Origin: the human T2T-CHM13v2.0 reference genome, Homo sapiens
Length of the DNA: 64,000 nt
Assembly (NCBI RefSeq): GCF_009914755.1
Contig: NC_060926.1
Reading direction: 5' to 3' (one strand)
Shown piece after piece: positions 53,101-62,660 of the stretch; positions within the stretch are counted from its first letter, which is position 1, and every line of letters starts with the position of its first letter. Position numbers and translations under genes: made by a program. The notes under the pieces are model-generated. The model had not been told where the DNA came from and did no database searches. It saw only the letters and a program-made list of their open reading frames with translations.

Positions 53101-54688
53101 AAAGGTGAGGTGCGGGAAGTTGAGCTTTTGTACTGTGGTGTCTTCAGGGAGACTGTGTTAGGTAGAGGGGAGGCGGCTTGGAAAGAGGGAGACTCAGAGG
53201 AGAGTCAAGGACATCTGAGCAGGTGAGCCTGGGAGCAGGAAAAGGGATGAGAGTGAGCAGAGGAAACTACTGGGGCAGGAGAGCAGGTGGAAGGATCAGG
53301 GAATGAGGGGGGCTGGAGAGGTGGGGGTGGGGATCCTGGTGAGGGGCTGCCTGCCTCCCGCAAGGGCCAGTTCACCTGGTTGCCCCAAACCCCTCCCTCT
53401 GAGGGTGGGGCCAGAGGGCCCAGAGCATTGATCAACCCAATTGAGCAGGCCTGAGGTGGACTTGGGTGGGTGCTGGGCTGGACTCCTGGCCCTGGGGAGC
53501 AGCTGCCACCCTGCCTATTCCATCCACTTTCCAACTCGCTGCCTATTGGAGCAGATGCAATATTGGGTGCCTTGTGAAAGATGCTCCTAGTGCACTTGCT
53601 GCCTGCTGACCCTCCCCCCAAGACTGCTCCGAGCTCTCCAGAGGGGGGTCCTGTGGAGGCTTGGCCTAGATTCTGAGCCCTGCCTCTCATACCTGGGACC
53701 CCTCCCCCAGAGGCAGCTGCTTGAGTACCCTGGAAGCCAGTCTGTAGCCTCAGGCTAGAGCTGGGTCCCTCCCACAGCCTTTCTTTAGCTCATCTATTTG
53801 GACTGACTGCTCATTTCATAGAAAGGGGTGTGTCTTGCCCCAGCCCATCTGGCATATATAAGGCAGCTGTGGTGTCAGAATCCGCAGCTCCCATCCCCCA
53901 GCTCTGCAATACTAGAGGAGGCTGGATTCCACATCTCTGAAGTCCCACCGGACTGGTGCGATGGGGCTCACGAGTCCAGGGCTGCTCTGCAGGCTGTGGG
54001 GCTCACCTCCAGCTCGGAGCCCACCTGGTGTGCTCAAGTTGCTCACCTTTGGGCCTGTCCTGCCTCTCAGGCATTCAGCTGACCCCGAGGGACTCTCCCT
54101 CATCTTGACCACCAGTTACGGGCTCTAAGTTAGAGGTTCCCAGAACCTTAGACCATTTGGCCAAACCCTCCATTTCTCAGCTGGGGAAACTGAAACCAAA
54201 GAGGAGAAGCAACTTTCTCAAGGACCCCCAGCAAGTCAGAGGCAGAACTGGGTCTAGCAGCCTCCTCCCGACAGAGGTCCTCCCTGACCCCTGAGCCTTT
54301 ACTGCCTCGTTAACTTCCCTATAAGGAGACTGCTCTGCCGAGGCTGGAAATGGAAATGCTCTCCGTGGCGGTGTGTGCCCGTGACTGCGCCCGTGTTTGT
54401 ACTTGTGAGTGTGTATGGGGGTGGGGGTGAGGGATGGGAATAAACAGCAGGGATGCTGGGGGCTGGAATGCACTCTGCCTCACTCCAAAAAGGGGCGTGG
54501 GGGAGCCCAGCGCAGCACATGATTAGACTTTCCAATCTGCTGAATGCCTGTGAGGCCAGCTGGGCTCAGAAGACAAGGGACAGGCCTTTCTCCACAGATG
54601 GCAGGGGTGGCCCAGGACGGGTGAAAGCTTCTGCAGCAGCATTGGGGGTCACACCCCAGTCCATGGGCTGACAGTTAAGCAGAGAAGC

Positions 54689-54705
54689 CGCCACTAGGGG
54701 TCAGT
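54689..54705 (+). promoter_or_regulatory. Candidate CTCF site
   Basis: CCACTAGGGGTCAG matches the core CCASYAGRKGGCRS with one mismatch. Confidence 0.45.
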
Positions 54706-54830
54706 CATGATCCAGCGATTCTGATGAGCGGGGCGGGGTACCACCAGCCTCTATCCAGGGTCTTGTCTTCCAGACCTCCTTGGGAAAAACTACTCCCTGG
54801 CAGAAAAGGGCTAATAATTTGAGAGGAAGC

Positions 54831-55261
54831 TTTCATGCACGTCCTTGTGAAGAGACCACCAAACAGGCTTTGTGTGAGCAACATGGCTGTTTATTTCACC
54901 TGGGTGCAGGTGGGCTGAGTCCGAAAAGAGAGTCAGTGAAGGGAGATGGATTATCATTAGTTCTTATAGGTTTTGGGATAGGCAGTGAAGTTAAGAGCAA
55001 TGTTTTGCGGGCAGGGGTGGATCTCACAAAGTACATTCTCAAGGGTGAGGAGAATTACAGAGAACCTTCTTAAGGGTGGGGGAGATTACAAAGTACATTG
55101 ATCAGTTAGGGTGGGGCAGGAACAAATCACAATGGTGGAATGTCATCAGTTAAGGCTATTTTTACTTCTTTTGTGGATCTTCAGTTACTTCAGGCCATCT
55201 GGTTGTATATGTGCAAGTCACAGGGGATGCGATGGCTTGGCTTGGGCTCAGAGGCCTGACA
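54831..55261 (-). mobile_element. HERV-H 3' LTR (LTR7B-like), preceded by the polypurine tract AATATAAGAAGGCAGGAA
   Basis: TGTCAGGCCTCTGAGCCCAAG...ATGAAA on the minus strand; type-II U3 repeats (TACTTTGTAATCTCCCCCACCCTT). Confidence 0.93.
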
Positions 55262-57178
55262 TTCCTGCCTTCTTATATTAATAAGAAAAATAAAACAAAA
55301 TAGTGTTGAAGTGTTAGGGCGGTGAAAATTTTTGGGGGGTGGTATGGAGAGAGAATGGGTGATGTTTCTCAGGGCTGCTTCAAGCGGGATTAGGGGTGGC
55401 GTGGGAGCCTAGAGTGGGAGAGATTAAGCTGAAGGGAGATCTTGTGGTAAGGGGTGATATTGTGGGGATGTTAGAAGAAACATTTGTCATATAGAATTAT
55501 TGGTGATGGCCTGGATACGGTTTTGGATGAATTCAGAAACTAAATGGAATAAGAGAAGGAGAAAAACAGGTATAAAAGGTCTAAGAATTGGGAGGACCTA
55601 GGACATCTGATTAGAGAGTGCCTAAGGAGATTCAGCATAGTCCTGCCAGCAAAGATTATTTATTTACTTCCAGAGTTTAGAGTGGCAGTTTGGGGATAGC
55701 ACCAGGAGATATCAGCTGTGATGGCTTGGAGAAACAGTGTAAACCAGCAGTGTAAACAAGAGCAGGGCATGTATGAGTAGTTGAGAACGGTGAATAGGAG
55801 TATGACTAGAGAGAAGATAGTAGGGATGACAAGTTTTTTGGGGTCACAGTCTAAGTTGGTCTGGTGTCGAATGAGACTGGGGCCTAATAAAAAGGAGCGT
55901 CTATACAGGAGCTCAAATGGGCTGCACCTTGTAGCATTCTGAGGACAGGTCTGACTTCTGAGAAGGGAAAGTGGTAAAAGTATTATCCAGTCCTTTTTAA
56001 GTTGGTGGCTGAGCTTGGTGAGGTGTGTTTTTAAAAGACCTTTAGTCTGTTCTACTTTTCTTGAAGACTGAGGACCGTAAGGGATATAAAGGTTTCACTG
56101 AATACTAAGAGCCTGAAAAACTGCTTGGCTGATTTGACTAATAAAGGCTGGTCTTTTATCAGACTGTATAGAGGTGGGAAGGCTAAACTGAGGAATTATG
56201 TCTGACAGAAGAGAAGAAATGACTGCGGTGGCCTTCTCAGACCCTGTAGGACAGGTCTTTACTTATTCAGTGAAAGTGTCTAGTTAGACTAAGAGGTATT
56301 TTAGTTTCCTGATTCAGGGCATGTTGAGTAAAGCTAATTTGCCAGTCCTGGGTGGGGGCAAATCTTCAAGCTTGATGTGTAGGGAAGGGAGGGGGCCTGA
56401 ATAATCCCTGAGGAGTAGTAGAATAGCAGATGGAACACTGAGAAGTTATTTCCTTGAGGATAGATTTCCACGATGGAAAGGAAATGAGAGGTTCTAAGAG
56501 GCGGGCTAGTGGCTTGTACTATAGCATAGCCTGCCTTTGCTGGTGTGTGGCGATTAGGCCTGGTGGAACTGCCATCAATAAATCAAGCGTGATCAGGGTG
56601 AGGAACAGAAAAGAAGGAAATATGGGGAAATCGGGTGAATATCAGGTGGATCAGAGAGATACAGTCATGGGGGTCAGGTGTGGTATCAGGAATAATGTGG
56701 GAGGCCGGATTGAAGTCTGGGTCAGGAACAATGGTAATTGTGGGACTTAACAAAGAGTGAGTACAGCTGAAGGAGCCAGGGAGCAGAAAGTATATGCATC
56801 AGGTATGAGGAAGAAAGTAGATTTCAGAAGTTATGAGAAATGCAGAGAGTGAGTTGAGCACAGTTCGTGATTTTTAGGGCCTCTAAAAGTATTAAAGCAG
56901 TGGCAGCCGCTGCACGGAGACATGATGGCTAGGCTAAAACAGTAAGGTCAAGTTGTTTGGACAGAAAGGCTACAGGGTGTGGTCCTGGCTCTTGTGTAAG
57001 AATTCTGACCACACTAACCATGCCTAGGAAGAAAAGGAGTTGTTGTTTTGTAAGGGATTGAGGTTTGGGAGATTAATCGGACATGATCAGAAGGGAGAGC
57101 ACATGTGTTTTTATGAAGAATTATGCCGAGGTAGGTAATGGATGGGGAAAAAATTTGAGCTTTGGAGGGGAATACCCG

Positions 57179-59550
57179 CTATCCTTTGGAGAATAAATGC
57201 TGAAGGAGCAGAAGTGTGTCTTGTTGAGAAGATTCAAAGGAGGGGCTACAAAGAAGAAGGTCATCAATATACTGAATAAGGTGAGAAGCGGAGGGGTGGA
57301 AAGAAACTAAATCATGAGACAGAGCTTGGCTGAAGTAATGAGGGCTGTCCCTGAAACCTTGCGGCAGTACAGCCCAGGTAAGCTGCTGGGACTGATGGGT
57401 GTCAGGGTTAGTCCAAGTGAAAGCAAAGAGAGGCTGGGATGAAGGGTGCAAAGGAATAGTAAAGAAAGCATGCCCTCTCCCTCTCCCTCTCCCTCTCCCT
57501 CTCCCTCTCCCCCTCCCCCTCCCCTCTTTCCACGGTCTCCCTCTGATGCAGAGCCGAAGCTGGACTGTACTGCTGCCATCTCGGCTCACTGCAACCTCCC
57601 TGCCTGATTCTCCTGCCTCAGCCTGCTGAGTGCCTGCAATTGCAGGCGCGCGCCGCCACGCCTGACTGGTTTTCGTATTTTTTGGGTGGAGACGGGGTTT
57701 CGTTGTGTTGGCCGGGCTGGTCTCCAGCTCCTGACCGCGAGTGATCCGCCAGCCTCGGCCTCCCGAGGTGCCGGGATTGCAGACGGAGTCTCCTTCACTC
57801 AGTGCTCAATGGTGCCCAGGCTGGAGTGCAGTGGCATGATCTCGGCTCGCTACAACATCCACCTCCCAGCAGCCTGCCTTGGCCTCCCAAAGTGCCGAGA
57901 TTGCAGCCTCTGCCCGGCCGCCACCCCGTCTGGGAAGTGAGGAGCATCTCTGCCTGGCCGCCCATCGTCTGGGATGTGAGGAGCCCCTCTGCCTGGCTGC
58001 CCAGTCTGGAAAGTGAGGAGCGTCTCTGCCAGGCCGCCATCCCATCTAGGAAGTGAGGAGCGTCTCTGCCCGGCCACCCATCATCTGAGATGTGGGGAGC
58101 GCCTCTGCCCTGTCGCCCCGTCCGGGATGTGAGGAGCGTCTCTGCCCGGCCGCCCCGTCTGAGAAGTGAGGAGACCCTCTGCCTGGCAACCGCCCTGTCT
58201 GAGAAGTGAGGAGCCCCTCCGCCCAGCAGCCGCCCCGTCTGAGAAGTGAGGAGCCCCTCCGCCCGGCAGCCACCCCGTCTGGGAAGTGAGGAGCGTCTCC
58301 GCCCGGCAGCCACCCCGTCCAGGAGGGAGGTGGGGGGGTCAGCCCCCCGCCCGGCCAGCCGCCCCGTCCGGGAGGGAGGTGGGGGGATCAGCCCCCCGCC
58401 CGGCCAGCCGCCCCCTCCGGGAGGTGAGGGGCGCCTCTGCCCGGCCACCCCTACTGGGAAGTGAGGAGCCCCTCTGCCTGGCCAGCCGCCCCGTCCGGGA
58501 GGGAGATGGGGGGGTCAGCCCCCCGCCCGGCCAGTCGCCCCGTCCGGGAGGTGAGGGGTGCCTCTGCCCGGCCGCCCCTACTGGGAAGTGAGGAGCCCCT
58601 CTGCCCGGCCACCACCCCGTCTGGGAGGTGTACCCAACAGCTCATTGAGAACGGGCCGGGATGACAATGGCGGTTTTGTGGAATAGAAAGGGGGGAAAGG
58701 TGGGGAAAAGATTGAGAAATTGGATGGTTGCCATGTCTGTGTAGAAAGAGGTAGACATGGGAGACTTTTCATTTTGTTCTGTACTAAGAAAAATTCTTCT
58801 GCCTTGGGATCCTGTTGATCGGTGACCTTACCCCCAACCCTGTGCTCTCTGAAACATGTGCTATGTCCACTCAGGGTTAAATGGATTAAGGGCGGTGCAA
58901 GATGTGCTTTGTTAAACAGACGCTTGAAGGCAGCATGCTCGTTAAGAGTCATCACCACTCCCTAATCTCAAGTACCCAGGGACACAAACACTGCGGAAGG
59001 CCGCAGGGTCCTCTGCCTAGGAAAACCAGAGACCTTTGTTCACTTGTTTATCTGCTGACCTTCCCTCCACTATTGTCCTGTGGCCCTGCCAAATCCCCCT
59101 CTGCGAGAAACACCCAAGAATGATCAATAAAAAAAAAAAAATAAATAAATAAATAAATCATATCAAAGTAAAAAGTTTCCAAAAAAAATAAAAAGTTTCA
59201 AAAAAAAAGAAAGCATGTTTGAGATCTAGAACAGAATAATGGGTAGTAGAGGGAGGTATTGAGGATAGGAGAGTATATGGGTTTGGCACCACGGGGTGGA
59301 TAGGCAAAACAATTTGGTTGATAAGGCGCAGATCCTGAACTAATCTGTAAGACTTGTTCTGTTTTTGGACAGGTAAAATTGGGGAATTGTAAGGAGAGTT
59401 TATAGGTTTTAGAAGCCTATGCTGTAGCAGGCGAGTGATAACAGGCTTTAATCCTTTTAAAGTGTGCTGTGGGATGGCATATTGGCGTTGAGTGGGGTAA
59501 GGGTGATTAGGTTTTAAAGAGATGGTAAGGGGTGCATGATCGGTCACCAA
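57179..59550 (-). pseudogene. HERV-H pol reverse-transcriptase domain split by an SVA
   Basis: ORF 59158..59550 (PYNSPILPV, YRLVQDLR, VLDLKHAF) continues in 57179..57589 (FTIPLHP, LPQGFRDSP, YIDDLLL); premature TAG at 57179-57181. Confidence 0.93.
57473..59205 (+). mobile_element. Full-length SVA retrotransposon (SVA_D-like)
   Basis: (CCCTCT)n hexamer 57473-~57525, Alu-like region, GC-rich VNTR ~57900-58630, SINE-R, AATAAA 59126-59131, A-tail; 12-bp TSD AAAGAAAGCATG (57461-57472 / 59206-59217). Confidence 0.97.
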
Positions 59551-59689
59551 GGAGGGAGTAGGGGTATCTTATAGTTGTGGGTTAAGGTCGGGGAATACAA
59601 GAGGAGGACGCAAAGAAGGCTTTGGATTGGGAAGAAAGGTGGCAATGAGATGTAGCTGTAATCCCGGAATAGTCAGGGAAGCAGATAAT

Positions 59690-61196
59690 TTAGTTAAAGT
59701 GTCTCGGCCTAATAAGGGAACTGGGCAGGTGGGGATAACTAAAAGGAGTGCTTATAAGAGTTTGTCTAAGTTGGCACCAGAGTTGGGGAGTTTTAAGAGG
59801 TTTAGAAGCCTGGCTGTCAATACCCACAACAGTTATGGAGGCAAGGGAAACAGGCCCTTGAAAAGAAGGTATTGTGGAGTGGGTAGCTTCCATATTGATT
59901 AAGAAGGGGATGGACTTACCTTCCACTGTGAGTTACTGGAAGCTCGGCACCTGTGATGGTCTAGGGGGCTTCCGAGGTGATTGGGCAGCGTCAGTCTTCA
60001 GCCGCTAAGCCGAGAAGATCTGGGAAGGAGTCAGAGAGCCTTGGGCCAGAGTTCCAGGGACTCTGGGAGTGGCTGCCAGGTGAGTTGAACAGTCCAATTT
60101 TCAGTGGGGTCCTGCACAGATGGTACACGGCTTAGGAGGAATCCCAGGCTGCGGGCATTCCTTGGCCCAGTGGCCAGATTTCCGGCATGTGTAGCAAGCT
60201 CCTGGGGGAGGAGGTTCTGGAGGAACGCCTGGCTGCTGCAGTTCAGGCATTTGGAAGTTCTTGTGTGCTGGAGATGTGGCTGGGGTTTGTCTCACAGTGG
60301 AGGCAAGGAATTGCAACTTTTTTCTATTATTGTACACCTTGAAGGCGAGGTTAATTAAATCCTGTTGTGGGGTTTGAGGGCCGGAATTTAATTTTTGGAG
60401 TTTATTTAATGTCGGGAGCAGATTGGGTAATAAAATGTATATTGAGAATAAGACGGCCTTTTGACCTTTTAGGGTCTAGGGCTGTAAAGCGTCTCAGGGT
60501 TGCTGCTGAATGAGCCATGAACTGGGCTGGGTTTTTTATGTTTGATGAAAAAGAGCCTAAACACTATCTGATTTGGGATAAAGAAAAAGGAGCATTAACC
60601 TTGACTATGGCTTTAGCTCCAGCCACCTTTTTAAGAGTAAATTGCTGGGCAGGTGGGGGAGGGCTAGTCACGGAACGAAACTGTAAACCAGACTGGGTGT
60701 GAGGAGGGGAGGTGATAAAAGGATTATAGGGTGGAGGAGCGGAGGCTGAGGAAGAATTGGGACCTAGCTCGGCCTGGCGAGGAGGGGAGAGGTCAGAAGA
60801 GTCTGTAGAAAAGGAAGATTAGAAAGACTCAGCGACGCTTGGGGTTGGGACTGAGGGGACAGGCAGGAGGGAAAGAAGGAAGATTTGGGATGAGTTGCAT
60901 TGGAACAGAGACTAGAGAGGGACTGATGTGTAAAAGAATGCCTGGACTTCAGGCACCTCAGACCGTTTGCCTATTTTACGAGAAGAATTATTTAGATCTT
61001 GCAGGATGGAAAAATTCAAAGTGCAGTTTTCTGGCTATTTGGGACTACTGTCGAGTTTGTATTGGGGTCAAGCGGCATTGCAGGAGAAAATAAGGCATTT
61101 AGGTTTTAGGTCAGGTGAAAGTTGAAGAGGTTTTAAGTTCTTAAGAACACAGGCTAAGGGAGAAGAAAGAGGAATGGAAGGTGGAAGCTTACCCAT
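59690..61196 (-). pseudogene. HERV-H gag/pro remnants
   Basis: gag start ATG at 61196 (MGKLPPSIP..., stops early); NC zinc knuckle CYTCRKSGHWAKEC in ORF 60101..60337; degenerate protease LINMEATHS in ORF 59690..59926. Confidence 0.85.
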
Positions 61197-61339
61197 CGTG
61201 AAGGAGGCAAGCCCAGAGAAAAGAGTAGAGACACGGAGAAGGGGTGGGGGTTTCTTGCCCTCCAGAAAAGCAGAGAAGGGGTTGGGGTGCAGAGATACGA
61301 GGTCAGGGTGCAGAAATAAGGGATCGGGGTGCAGAGATA

Positions 61340-61833
61340 CGAGGTTGGGGTACTTGCCTCTCCCCCAGAAAAGCAGAGAAGGGATAGAGACACAGAGAGA
61401 AGGGGTTGGAGTACTTGCCCCTCCCCCAGAAAAGTGGGACTTGCCGCTGAGGGTGAAGGAGAAGGAGTTGAGGGGTTCTTGCCCCTGCCCCAGAAAATCA
61501 GAGAAGGGGTAGAGACAAGGAGAGAAGGGGTTGGGGTACTTGCCTCTTCCCCAGAAAAGCGGGACTTGCCACTAAGGGTGAAGGAGAAGGGGTTGAGGGG
61601 TTCTTTCCCCTGCCCCAGAAAATCAGAGAAGGGGTATAGACATGGAGAGAAGGGGTTGGGGTACTTGCCCCTTCCCCAGAAAAGCAGAGAAGGGGTAGAG
61701 ACAAGGAGAGAAGGGGTTGGGGTACTTGCCCCTTCCCCAGAAAAGCAGGACTTGCCACTAAGGGTGAAGGAGAAGGGATTGAGGGGTACTTGCCCCTCCC
61801 CCAGAAAAGCAGAGAAGGGGTAGAGACACGGAG
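61340..61833. repeat. HERV-H leader purine-rich tandem repeats (~125-bp period, about 4 units)
   Basis: Repeated cccagaaaagcagagaaggggtagagac..ggagagaaggggttggggtacttgccc..gggacttgcc..agggtgaaggagaagg. Confidence 0.85.
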
Positions 61834-62210
61834 AGAAGGAAATATGGGGAAATGGGGTGAATATCAGGTGGATCAGAGAGATACAGTCATGGGGGTCAGG
61901 TGTGGTATCAGGAATAATGTGGGAGGCCAGATTGAAGTCCGGGCCAGGAACAATAGTAATTGTGGGACTTAACAAAGAGTGAGTACAGCTGAAGGAGCCG
62001 GGGAGCAGAAAGTATATGCGTCAGGTATGAGGAAGAAAATAGATTTTGGAAGTTATGAGAAATGTAGAGAGTGAGTTGAGCATAGTTTGTGATTTTTAGG
62101 GCCTCTAAAAGTATTAAAGCAGTGGCAGCCACTGCATGCAGACATGAGGGTTAGGCTAAAACAGTAAGGTCAAGTTGTTTGGACAGAAAGGCTACAGGGT
62201 GCGGTCCTGG
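61834..62210 (-). repeat. Ectopic 377-bp copy of HERV-H pol (matches 56612-56988)
   Basis: Ungapped manual alignment with 19 mismatches. Confidence 0.95.
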
Positions 62211-62227
62211 TCCGAGTCACGGCACCA
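62211..62227 (-). other. Primer-binding site for tRNA-His
   Basis: TGGTGCCGTGACTCGGA immediately inside the 5' LTR. Confidence 0.93.
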
Positions 62228-62229
62228 AA

Positions 62230-62660
62230 TTTCATGTGCGTCCTTGTGAAGAGACCACCAAACAGGCTTTGTGTGAGCAACATAGCTGTTTATTTCACCT
62301 GGGTGCAGGTGGGCTGAGTCCGAAAAGAGAGTCAGTGAAGGGAGATGGATTATCATTAGTTCTTATAGGTTTTGGGTTAGGCGGTGAAGTTAAGAGCAAT
62401 GTTTTGCGGGCAGGGGTGGATCTCACAAAGTACATTCTCAAGGGTGAGGAGAATTACAGAGAACCTTCTTAAGGGTGGGGGAGATTACAAAGTACATTGA
62501 TCAGTTAGGGTGGGGCAGGAACAAATCACAATGGTGGAATGTCATCAGTTAAGGCTATTTTTACTTCTTTTGTGGATCTTCAGTTACTTCAGGCCATCTG
62601 GGTGTATATGTGCAAGTCACAGGGGATGCGATGGCTTGGCTTGGGCTCAGAGGCCTGACA
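62230..62660 (-). mobile_element. HERV-H 5' LTR (LTR7B-like)
   Basis: 6 mismatches in 431 bp against the 3' LTR (manual count). Confidence 0.93.

Larger units (their letters stand above)
54831..62660 (-). mobile_element. HERV-H provirus (deleted, non-autonomous type; ~6.1 kb without the SVA)
   Basis: Two 431-bp LTRs, perfect TSD GAAGC (54826-54830 / 62661-62665), PBS, PPT, and gag, pro and pol remnants. Confidence 0.97.

Noticed and set aside
50470-54800. GC-rich unique region with many short ORFs; possible hidden gene or segmental-duplication donor
   Set aside because: No consistent exon chain or recognisable protein; paralogy cannot be established without a search
57179-57589. Chimeric ORF fusing SVA antisense hexamer (GR repeats) to the RT YIDD domain
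   Set aside because: Starts at GTG, lacks the RT N-terminus and motif-A aspartate, and ends at a premature stop; an accident of the insertion frame
57900-58630. Repeat-spacer-like periodic array
   Set aside because: SVA VNTR, not CRISPR; eukaryotic context with no unique spacers or cas genes
57795-58958. Multiple long overlapping ORFs
   Set aside because: Translations of the GC-rich SVA VNTR and SINE-R
61154-61975. Longest ORF in the track (273 aa)
   Set aside because: Built from the ectopic pol fragment and stop-poor leader tandem repeats; repetitive, with no coherent domain
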